Source: Candidatus Micrarchaeota archaeon
Lineage (GTDB): Archaea > Micrarchaeota > Micrarchaeia > Micrarchaeales > Micrarchaeaceae
DNA: 35,434 nucleotides
Assembly: GCA_021797575.1 (NCBI GenBank)
Contig: JAJZZN010000014.1
Span: 1-35,434, forward strand
Reading direction: 5' to 3'
Position numbers and translations under genes: made by a program. Shown in pieces: positions 26,741 through 34,566 of this stretch (its first letter is position 1; each line of letters begins with the position of its first letter). The notes below the pieces were generated by a model. It was given only the letters and a program-made list of their open reading frames with translations. It was not told the DNA's origin and did not search any database.

Positions 26741-27757
26741 ATGAATAAGCACCATAAAGCTCTGCGCATGGATTACTCCGGTGCCGGGTATCAACCCTCT
26801 CCGGCTGTGAAAAGTGCGATTGAAGAGTCTATTCCTTTCATTGACACATACCCGCACGAGGGTTATGACGAACTGCATAGGGCACTGACAAGGTACTGCG
26901 GCGTGAAGAAGGATAATATACTGGCTACAAATGGCGCTGACGAAGCGATAGGGCTTCTCACCACGCATTACGGCCAGCGCATACTGATCCCTGCGCCTAC
27001 ATACGGCGAGTATGAATACATTGGCAAGAGCCTCGACTCGGATGTTAGGCTTAAAGAGTGCCTTGATGGCAATGGAGAGTACAAAGTCAATTACACCAAA
27101 AAGGACTTGGATTGGGCAACCCTCGTATGGATATGCAGCCCCAACAACCCGACCGGAACCTATGTGCCAAAGCAGGACATAGAGCAGGTGGTGAGGCACA
27201 CCAAGGCGATGGTCGTGACCGACGAGGCATATTTCGAGTACGCCGGCAAGAGTGCCATAGGGCTCATAAATAAGTACCCCAACCTTGTGGTTCTGAGGAC
27301 GTTCTCAAAGGCCTTCAGCATAGCCGGCCTCAGGCTAGGGTATATGGTGTCGAACAGGAAGGTCATATCAAAATTCTCGGTCTCAAAGCAGGAATACAAC
27401 GTCAACAGGGTCGCACGCGCGGCAGGCATAGCTGCATTGAAAAGCGTCGACTACTATAAAGAAAAGATAAGCGAGACCAAGGTGCTCCGCGACGATTTTC
27501 AGGAGTTTTCGCGCAACATAGGCATATGGGCATTCGATTCAGACGCGCGATTCTCACTGCTTAGATTCAGGGACGAGAACGAGCTCGACTACGTATACCG
27601 GAATCTTGAGAGACGCCACATATTCGTGTTCCGCGCATCAGCATCCGAATTCAGCGGGCTGAACGGTCCGTATATACGCGTGGCTATAAGCAATAAGGCC
27701 GAGATGCTGGAATTGGAGTCGGCAATACTGGAAATACTAAAGGAATACAGAAGTTAA
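26741..27757 (+). CDS. class I/II pyridoxal-phosphate aminotransferase, histidinol-phosphate aminotransferase family (HisC, or CobD-like threonine-phosphate decarboxylase)
   Basis: ...WICSPNNPTGTY..., ...VVTDEAYFEY..., ...VVLRTFSKAFSIAGLRLGYMVS... is the PLP-lysine block characteristic of HisC/CobD. At 338 aa it is on the short side, so CobD is a real alternative. Confidence 0.85.
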   Translation: MNKHHKALRMDYSGAGYQPSPAVKSAIEESIPFIDTYPHEGYDELHRALTRYCGVKKDNILATNGADEAIGLLTTHYGQRILIPAPTYGEYEYIGKSLDSDVRLKECLDGNGEYKVNYTKKDLDWATLVWICSPNNPTGTYVPKQDIEQVVRHTKAMVVTDEAYFEYAGKSAIGLINKYPNLVVLRTFSKAFSIAGLRLGYMVSNRKVISKFSVSKQEYNVNRVARAAGIAALKSVDYYKEKISETKVLRDDFQEFSRNIGIWAFDSDARFSLLRFRDENELDYVYRNLERRHIFVFRASASEFSGLNGPYIRVAISNKAEMLELESAILEILKEYRS

Positions 27758-27758
27758 G

Positions 27759-28730
27759 CTATTGCCCCGATGCGCTACCTCCCTGATCCTGCCCCTGGCT
27801 TTTAGCCTTAGGTTGCTTCTTCGGTGAAGCCTGCGCGGCAGCAATCTGGTCCTTCGCGTATTGCTCAAGGCCCATCACGCCAAATGGCGTTGGTATGCTG
27901 AATCCCTTGTTCTCCGTAGGCACGAACACTATAAGGTTCTTGCCGCTCAGGCTGATTTCATACATCATGTTCAGCGACCTGAGCTGCATCGCGTACAGGT
28001 CTTTCCTGTACTTCTCGGCGGCTTCTAGCATCTTGTCAGCTGCAAGCGACTCAGACTCTGCAAGTATGACCCTCGCCTGCTTTTCCCTGTCAGAAGTGGC
28101 TACGCGAGCCATAGCGTTCTGCAGATCAGCAGGTATAGTTACGTCCCTTATCTCCACGGATATCGCTGTTATACCCCAGTCTCCTATCCTTGCCTGTATA
28201 AGCTTCCTTATATCCTCTCCGATTATGTCCCTGCCCGCAAGCATGGAAGACAGCTCATTCTTGCCTATTATGTCCCTCAGTGCGGTCTGCGACGCAAGCT
28301 GCACGGACTGCATGTAATCCTGTACGTTGAGTATTGCATATTCGGGGTCTTTGACCTGCCAGAACAGTATGGCGTCAACATCAACGGGTACATTGTCCTT
28401 CGTTAGGGTTTTCTCGGCGCTGAACGTCGTGCTTATAACCCTGAGGTCCACGTTTATGGGTGTGTGCTCTATGAAAGGTATTATGAAGTATATACCAGGC
28501 CCTATCATGCCGACATACCTTCCGAACCTGAGCACCGCCATTCTGTTCCACTGGCTAACTACTCTTATTGAGAATACCAGCACTATTATGAGCACCAATA
28601 CGCCTATTACGGCACCCTCAAGAAAGCCTACAAGATAGATCGGCAATGCAAAGAAGAACAGTATCAGTATGATGTCTATTGCTGCGCCTGTAGCGCCAGC
28701 ATATCTCTTGGTTTTAGATTCTGCTGCCAT
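27759..28730 (-). CDS. SPFH/band-7 family protein (stomatin/prohibitin homolog)
   Basis: N-terminal TM helices. ...RMAVLRFGRYVGMIGPGIYFIIPFIE...VDLRV... is the SPFH core. Coiled-coil C-terminal region with an Ala/Gln/Gly-rich tail. Confidence 0.85.
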   Translation of the reverse strand: MAAESKTKRYAGATGAAIDIILILFFFALPIYLVGFLEGAVIGVLVLIIVLVFSIRVVSQWNRMAVLRFGRYVGMIGPGIYFIIPFIEHTPINVDLRVISTTFSAEKTLTKDNVPVDVDAILFWQVKDPEYAILNVQDYMQSVQLASQTALRDIIGKNELSSMLAGRDIIGEDIRKLIQARIGDWGITAISVEIRDVTIPADLQNAMARVATSDREKQARVILAESESLAADKMLEAAEKYRKDLYAMQLRSLNMMYEISLSGKNLIVFVPTENKGFSIPTPFGVMGLEQYAKDQIAAAQASPKKQPKAKSQGQDQGGSASGQ

Positions 28731-28869
28731 TCAACCCCCTTATTAAATCCCATTGCAGGCTTTTAATCCTTTAGTTTAATTTGTATATGCCTGGTGCGCT
28801 AATACGCTGCAAGTCCAAGCAGATAAATAAGGATAAATATCTTGAAAAGCGCTATATAAGGGTGTCAGA

Positions 28870-30072
28870 ATGCAGAAACAGAAAACTTCAAGTGTTGATT
28901 CTATCACCTTGGAGAATGGGTTGACTATATATGCTGCAAAGATTAGCGGCTTTACCGGAGCTGCGATGGCTGCGGCAGTAAACCTTGGCTCCAATGACGA
29001 AGACAAGAGGGGCTCTGCGCATCTGCTTGAGCATGCTGTATTAGACAGCATAACTGAAGCCGAAGGCAAGAAGATGGGGTATCTCGCCGCATACACAAGG
29101 AGCGATTATACTGTATACAGAGAAACTATGTACATAGATCGCATGAATGAAGGAGTTGACATAATTGGAAAGCTTCTACTTAGACCAGACCTCGATAAAT
29201 CTACCTATGTACGGGCTAAAAAAGACGTAGTGCAGGAAGTATCGAAAGGCGCTGTCAAGGGCTTTTATTCACTGACATACATGCCCTTCGCACTGTACGG
29301 CATCAAAAGCATAGGGATAGATACAGAAGAAGAGATAAATGGAGTAAGCTCGACAGATTTCGAGACATTGCGCGAGATGTATAAGAAGTATTACACGCCT
29401 AGGAACATTTCAATAGGGGTAGTGAGCGGAGCAGATACAAAAGAGGTGTTCAAGCTGTTTCGGGAAAAACTAGGCAGCTTCGAGAAGAAGTATCAAGAAA
29501 CAGAAAGAAAGCCGCCGCTATATGCGCCCTCAGATATTCATGTGCATCTCGGCAGTGAAATGAGCGAAAAGGAAGCCGTGATCGTGGGCTATGGGTGCAA
29601 AAGCTATTCCAGTACCAACATCAAAGAGAATTTGGCCATGTACCTTATCGGAGATATACTGAAGCAGAGAGTTTTGGCATCGCTATCCACCAATGCAGAC
29701 GCGATAAATATCCAGCCCAGTCTGATACTCTCGGAAAGCTTCGGCATAATAAGCGCATACGCCGAGGTCAAAAAGGGTTCGGAGAAGAATTCAATAGAAT
29801 CGATAGTGAAGATGTTTGAGGATATATCCCATAACGGGGTAACACAGCACGAGATTGATTCTGCCCGCGATAGCGTAATGCAGAGGTTCTCCCCCAATGA
29901 AGGAAACGTCGAAAAAACCGCATTGGACAAGGCAATTGGCATGTCCACCACACCTTTGCTATACGAGCACGCATCCGATGTGTACGGCATAAGTGCTGAA
30001 GATATCAAAGGATACGCCAGGCTGTTCAAAGAGGAGAGATACGGCACTGTGACTATAGATGGAATCTCCTGA
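28870..30072 (+). CDS. M16 family zinc metallopeptidase (insulinase/pitrilysin-like), single ~400 aa unit
   Basis: Inverted zinc motif HxxEH in ...GSAHLLEHAVLD..., with the downstream Glu-containing region. Size corresponds to one M16 half-unit. Confidence 0.85.
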   Translation: MQKQKTSSVDSITLENGLTIYAAKISGFTGAAMAAAVNLGSNDEDKRGSAHLLEHAVLDSITEAEGKKMGYLAAYTRSDYTVYRETMYIDRMNEGVDIIGKLLLRPDLDKSTYVRAKKDVVQEVSKGAVKGFYSLTYMPFALYGIKSIGIDTEEEINGVSSTDFETLREMYKKYYTPRNISIGVVSGADTKEVFKLFREKLGSFEKKYQETERKPPLYAPSDIHVHLGSEMSEKEAVIVGYGCKSYSSTNIKENLAMYLIGDILKQRVLASLSTNADAINIQPSLILSESFGIISAYAEVKKGSEKNSIESIVKMFEDISHNGVTQHEIDSARDSVMQRFSPNEGNVEKTALDKAIGMSTTPLLYEHASDVYGISAEDIKGYARLFKEERYGTVTIDGIS

Positions 30073-30175
30073 CAGCAATTATATGGCGCACTTCTCCTAA
30101 AGCCGCATTGTAGGAAAACCTTTAAAGATTTTCTGAAGAAGCACAATATGGTGACCGGCTTTGGGTGTGCGAAGG

Positions 30176-30487
30176 ATGGCTGTTAAATACAGCCTAAGGA
30201 GCGCCGAAAGGCATCTGAAGGGCTTGGCATACCTGTCGGTTTTTCTTGACGGATTCGTGGCTCTGGCTACGGTGCTTTCATTGAGCCGCCCTATCAGCTT
30301 CTACACCACGTTCTTGTACGTGAGCGACTATCTCATATTCGTCGAGGTTGTTGCAGCCATATTTCTGAGCGCATTTATACTCTACCTCAAATATGCCAAA
30401 AGGATATCCAGTAAGCTGGCACTCTCATATTTCCGCTACCGTGTTTCCATTAGGAAGAGACAAGTGCGCCAAGTAGGGGGAGCGTGA
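30176..30487 (+). CDS. small membrane protein (2-3 TM helices), function unknown
   Basis: Hydrophobic ...LAYLSVFLDGFVALATVLSL... and ...LIFVEVVAAIFLSAFILYL.... ATG at 30176, inside a TTG-initiated ORF from 30161. Its TGA stop overlaps the ATG of the next gene (GTGATGC). Confidence 0.5.
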   Translation: MAVKYSLRSAERHLKGLAYLSVFLDGFVALATVLSLSRPISFYTTFLYVSDYLIFVEVVAAIFLSAFILYLKYAKRISSKLALSYFRYRVSIRKRQVRQVGGA

Positions 30488-31326
30488 TGCAACTTCAGAT
30501 ATTCAGGAAAACGTTTCCTGTGTTTCCCGAGCAGAAGGAAATCAATGGCATCGAGTATCCAATAATAGTGCACTATTCCGATGGGCACACAGCAAGCGCA
30601 AGGGTACGCGGCGGAAGCCTGATATTCAGGATTCCGAGGAAGGCAAGCCGTACCGAAGCCGAGAGCATGTTCAACAGCCTGCTGCGCAGGATAGAGCGTA
30701 GCATTATTGACGGCAGCGGCATACAAAGGCCTTTCATCGTGCACGACAACGAAGCGCTGCAGGTCATGGGCAACGAATTCAGGATAGCCATACAGGAAAA
30801 GGCCTTCTCCACGAAGAGGGTACATGCAAGGCTGAGTGGCAGCAATACCATATTGGTAAGCGTTTCAAGCAGCCTTCCTGTAAGCGAGCAGGTGGATCTG
30901 GCGAGCAAATCCGTGAAGAGGCTCATATCTAAGATCATGCTGAATGCCGTGGAAGGCAGGATCAGGGATATAAATAATGCATATTACAACTTCGACTTTT
31001 CGACTGCCTCTATAAGCCGCATAAATATGACGAGATGGGGCAGCTGCTCTCCGTCAAGAGGAAGGATAAACCTCGATTTCAGGCTGCTTTTCGCTCCTAC
31101 TGACGTAATGGATTCGGTAATAGTGCATGAGCTGTGCCACTTGAAAGTCAGCAGGCACAACCGCAGGTTCTGGAGTCTGGTCTACAGGGCCATGCCAGAT
31201 TACAAAGAGAAAAGGAAATGGCTCAACAAGAACGGCAACATGTTGGGGCAGGGTTCTTTGCATAGCGCAGAGGGCGCGATTGATGCTTCTCCGCAGCAAT
31301 CAGGCGATGCTGTGGACGAAATCTGA
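30487..31326 (+). CDS. DUF45 / YgjP-like M48-type metal-dependent hydrolase (HExxH zincin)
   Basis: ...MTRWGSCSPSRGRINLDFRLLFAPTDVMDSVIVHELCHLKVSRHNRRFWSLVYRAMPDYKEKRKWL... is the hallmark DUF45 block (RWGSC...HELCHL...FW). Start set at the ATG at 30487. Confidence 0.85.
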   Translation: MQLQIFRKTFPVFPEQKEINGIEYPIIVHYSDGHTASARVRGGSLIFRIPRKASRTEAESMFNSLLRRIERSIIDGSGIQRPFIVHDNEALQVMGNEFRIAIQEKAFSTKRVHARLSGSNTILVSVSSSLPVSEQVDLASKSVKRLISKIMLNAVEGRIRDINNAYYNFDFSTASISRINMTRWGSCSPSRGRINLDFRLLFAPTDVMDSVIVHELCHLKVSRHNRRFWSLVYRAMPDYKEKRKWLNKNGNMLGQGSLHSAEGAIDASPQQSGDAVDEI

Positions 31327-31632
31327 CACTATAGGTATGTCTACGTCATTGCCAGCATACGCTTCAAGCCCCAGGTACATACCATAAGCCCATATAAGCA
31401 GAAATATAATCGAAGATAGGATGGGTGACAAGAACCCAAACAGCACTGAGACCACAATTGCAATTATACCTAGGGTTATTGACTGTAACGAATGAAACCG
31501 CAATCTCTTGTCAAGGTCGCCATAAAGCAGCAATACCACTATCCCAGATATGAGACTGAACAGATAGGCTACAATAAAGTAGGTCCTATCAACGCCTCCC
31601 TTGGGGTTTGGGGAATTGGTTTTGTTAGGCAT
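31300..31632 (-). CDS. small membrane protein (3 TM helices), function unknown
   Basis: 110 aa with ATG start. ...YFIVAYLFSLISGIVVLLLYG..., ...ITLGIIAIVVSVLFGFLSPILSSIIFLLIWAYGMYLG.... Its 3' end overlaps the DUF45 gene by 27 bp, in convergent orientation. Confidence 0.5.
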   Translation of the reverse strand: MPNKTNSPNPKGGVDRTYFIVAYLFSLISGIVVLLLYGDLDKRLRFHSLQSITLGIIAIVVSVLFGFLSPILSSIIFLLIWAYGMYLGLEAYAGNDVDIPIVSDFVHSIA

Positions 31633-31994
31633 GGTCTTTACACCTTACACCATCGGGTCTGTGACCCAACGAACTGCATATTGAAGGTCATTGTTATACC
31701 CTGATTTAAATTATTGTTATAGAATATTACATAGTTGGTGCCTTTATGCACAGGTATCTCATACGTTTCGCTTGGCTGCGGGCTTATGACAGTATGCCTG
31801 CAATAGCATAGGGGATGAAATTAGGCTTCGACTTATGCGCACGTTTTGCCATAATCCTTCTTTGATAGGCACATTAATATACCTATCTCTGTGGGTACTT
31901 CTATTGTATAACTAAATGCTTGCAGATGGATTGCCTGTATAAGATCAGCCCTGTATTAGATTGGCCACGGTCTGCAAACAACGCCGTGCAGCGC

Positions 31995-32582
31995 TCAGCA
32001 TCTCTTCAACTTGGTTCTCAAACCCTGCTGTTGGGGATGTCTATCATGGTTGGTGCGCAGCATGTTCTCGAACAGTTTCGCCTGCTCTACTGCGTCTTGG
32101 AGTGCATTGTGTGTATGCTCAACTTCAGGCTTGAGATCTGCTGGCATCCTCGCCTTTGTGGTATCGGACCATCTGGTGTTATTCATGCCCATATAGTACG
32201 ATTTGATGTCTATACCATTTATGCCGAAAAGATTGCCGTAGCCGAACCTCTCCAGATACCATTTAGTGTACATCCAATCAAAGTTTCCAAAAGAGACAAA
32301 AACCGGCCTCGCGTTGCCACTGACATTCTTTACCCATTCAGAAAAGCTCGCCATGACCTCTTCAGGATCCAAACCCTTTACCAGCAATTCTTCCATAGAA
32401 AGGTTTGCTACCCTGAGCGCATTAACTACGAAATTGTTGTTGATGGGCTTCAGCTCGGCGTAGAACGTCTTGCTGGTATTAAACACCACTGTAGCGCCTA
32501 TGGCGAGCATGCTGTAAATTCCAGGTATTGGCCCGGAAGCTTCAACATCTACCGATATGTATACCTCATTCTTATTTTCCAT
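31995..32582 (-). CDS. DEDDh-type 3'-5' exonuclease (DnaQ/RNase T-like fold)
   Basis: Exo I YISVDVEASGP (D-x-E). Exo II ...VFVSFGNFDWMY... (D). Exo III ...HTHNALQDAVEQA... (H-x4-D). 195 aa, stand-alone. Confidence 0.8.
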   Translation of the reverse strand: MENKNEVYISVDVEASGPIPGIYSMLAIGATVVFNTSKTFYAELKPINNNFVVNALRVANLSMEELLVKGLDPEEVMASFSEWVKNVSGNARPVFVSFGNFDWMYTKWYLERFGYGNLFGINGIDIKSYYMGMNNTRWSDTTKARMPADLKPEVEHTHNALQDAVEQAKLFENMLRTNHDRHPQQQGLRTKLKRC

Positions 32583-32682
32583 AGTGCGTTAATCGTCCAT
32601 CCAGATATATATAGTTTTTTAATGCTACGAAACGCTTTTATATCTCATCAAGCGCTAATCTATTGCATAGGTAGATGGGAAA

Positions 32683-33810
32683 ATGGCAACAAAAACGCTT
32701 AGATCGCTTGATGATAAAAAAGACTACAATCTGCCCGTTACCGCGGTGGTGCAGGCCTATACTGACCTCGAAAAGGTGTTCAGCAAAGGCAATGTCGTGC
32801 TGATAGGCGGAAGGGCAGTGAATGCACAGTGCGGCTTTGAGACTAGGAAGACAAATGACGTCGACTTCCTGGTTAAAGGGGCCCTAGACAACCAAAATAT
32901 AAACAGGCTGTACCTGCTTGGCTGGAAGTCGAGCAATGCGCACAATGGTTGCGACAGGGGGCATTTCGAGAGGCAGTTCTCTTCCGGCGACAACAAAGAC
33001 ATTGTCGTAAAGATAGACATCAATACGACAGGAGGAGAAGGCAGTCTGCCTGGATTTGCCGACAAAGGGAGAATAATAACAGACAGCGACAGGATAACCC
33101 TGGTGGAAAGCGAATTCCTGAACGGCACGATAAAGGTAGTAAGCCCGCCACTGCTCATCTCGCTTAAGCTCAATGCCATAAAAGACCTCGAGCTAGATAA
33201 GAGCGCAAAGAGCGTGGTTGAAGTAGCCAAACACATGGAGGACATATACTGGCTTATAGAAAAGAAATATGGCTCTATAAGCTCGCTGATAAGCAAGGAT
33301 TGGGGTATTCTGAAAGCTGCGCTCAGAGACCAAATGGGCGAAAAAGAGCTGCTGGAGCGCTTGATGAATGCGCACGCTATGGGGATGGAAAACGCCCGGA
33401 ATTACGCTAGGAAAGAAGAAGTTCATTCTGCGATAATAAATGCAGTAAGGGAAAAGATGAAGGCAGACTTGCTGAGCGACGCAAAGCAGAGCGATACGGA
33501 TCAATGGCTGGCTGATAGGGTGGATGCGCAGTTGAGTATGGACCCCATGGCGAGGCTGATTAGAAGGAAAAGCGCCTCTGTAAGCAGCCATATAGACCGG
33601 TATCCAGAATGGCTGCTGAACGAATTCGACAAAGTTTACTCCCTTTTCATCAACGACCTCGGAGGCGAGGATAATCCAGAGAGCATAAGCATATTTGCAA
33701 AGGAAGTGAACCATTGGTCTGGCATCCCAAAGAAGCAATTGGAGCATGACCTGGCTGAGATAATACATATAGGCGCTTCTAGGCGGGCGATACTGGTTAC
33801 TTCACGCTGA
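32683..33810 (+). CDS. nucleotidyltransferase-fold protein, AbiEii/DUF1814-like, with ~150 aa helical C-terminal extension
   Basis: ...VVLIGGRAVNAQCGFETRKTNDVDFLV... fits the Pol-beta NTase motif hGG-x14/15-DhDh as spaced in AbiEii toxins. Downstream ...PPLLISLKLNAIKD...DIYWLIEK... resembles the AbiEii second conserved block. No AbiEi-like wHTH partner lies adjacent. Confidence 0.6.
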   Translation: MATKTLRSLDDKKDYNLPVTAVVQAYTDLEKVFSKGNVVLIGGRAVNAQCGFETRKTNDVDFLVKGALDNQNINRLYLLGWKSSNAHNGCDRGHFERQFSSGDNKDIVVKIDINTTGGEGSLPGFADKGRIITDSDRITLVESEFLNGTIKVVSPPLLISLKLNAIKDLELDKSAKSVVEVAKHMEDIYWLIEKKYGSISSLISKDWGILKAALRDQMGEKELLERLMNAHAMGMENARNYARKEEVHSAIINAVREKMKADLLSDAKQSDTDQWLADRVDAQLSMDPMARLIRRKSASVSSHIDRYPEWLLNEFDKVYSLFINDLGGEDNPESISIFAKEVNHWSGIPKKQLEHDLAEIIHIGASRRAILVTSR

Positions 33811-33869
33811 TGCATGCCACTTGCTTATTCAACGCTAATGCTGCGTGCGCCTTTATGTATTTATTGGAT

Positions 33870-33970
33870 TGCCGCAGGCCGGATTTGAACCGACGACATT
33901 CTGGTACCTGGGGGCAGATACTACAAATAGCCCTCTTCAGCCAGACGCTCTCCCACTGAGCTACTGCAGC
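33870..33970 (-). tRNA. tRNA-Phe (anticodon GAA) with ~29-nt intron next to the anticodon; CCA not encoded
   Basis: Minus-strand sequence: GCTGCAG-TA-GCTC-AGTGGGA-GAGC-G-TCTGG-CTGAAG(A)-[intron ~29 nt GGGCTATTTGTAGTATCTGCCCCCAGGT]-CCAGA-ATGTC-GTCGG-TTCAAAT-CCGGC-CTGCGGC-A. All stems pair, with one G:U each in the acceptor and T stems. A TATA-like ATTATTATAA lies ~28 bp upstream. Confidence 0.9.
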
Positions 33971-34054
33971 GCAAGATTTGCCCTAGCATCAAGGCAATTA
34001 TTATAACCTTTATTAGATAAGAATATATAAAAAAGTTTATAAGGTCGATGCGTG

Positions 34055-34468
34055 ATGGAAAAGATCAGAACAAAGAGGGAGATTTCTTGCGGCGCAATAC
34101 TATACGCGCCCAGCGGCAATGGAATTGATGTACTGCTTCTTGAACAGGATAATGCGCACTATAAGAGGACTGGCAGCGAGGCCAAAAAGGTCGTGATAGA
34201 CATAGGTCCGTCGGGTCATAAAGAGAAAAACGAGACGGACGAAGCAGCTGCAAGGCGCGAGATCTATGGGGAGACGGACCTTAAAGGGCTGGATTTTGAC
34301 AAGGGATTCAGGTTTGACCTAAAATATGAGTTTGACGCAACGGACGACAATGTAGAAGACGTGCACATCATGAAGACAAGGAGGCATTGGTGCGCCAGGC
34401 TTCCTGAGGGCTACGAGAAGAGCATACGCATATCACCCGAGCACAAAAGGGCTTGCTGGAGCCCATAG
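34055..34468 (+). CDS. Nudix hydrolase (Ap4A hydrolase-like), apparently disrupted by a frameshift near 34456-34462; the conserved C-terminus continues in another frame to 34560
   Basis: Nudix box ...GHKEKNETDEAAARREIYGETDL... (G-x5-E-x7-REIxxEtxl). The ORF stops at 34466-34468 right after ...SPEHKRACW. A different frame then encodes ...(L)EPIDKAIKMKELEDSKKEALESLKSYITKVKRR*, which reads like the usual helical Nudix C-terminus. Confidence 0.65.
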   Translation: MEKIRTKREISCGAILYAPSGNGIDVLLLEQDNAHYKRTGSEAKKVVIDIGPSGHKEKNETDEAAARREIYGETDLKGLDFDKGFRFDLKYEFDATDDNVEDVHIMKTRRHWCARLPEGYEKSIRISPEHKRACWSP

Positions 34469-34566
34469 ACAAGGCGATCAAGATGAAAGAGCTGGAGGAC
34501 TCGAAAAAGGAGGCGCTGGAAAGCCTCAAGTCCTATATAACAAAGGTCAAGAGGCGCTGAGGCATT

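Noticed and set aside
31920-32702. 260-aa plus-strand ORF spanning the exonuclease locus
   Set aside because: It is antisense to the minus-strand ORF, which carries clear DEDDh Exo I/II/III motifs. The plus-strand translation is Cys/His/Trp/Arg-rich with no motifs, typical of a shadow ORF.
32757-33768. Minus-strand ORFs (179 aa and 191 aa) inside the NTase gene
   Set aside because: They are antisense to the plus-strand ORF, which has the GG...DxD NTase motif. Their Leu/Ser-rich composition is typical of shadow frames.
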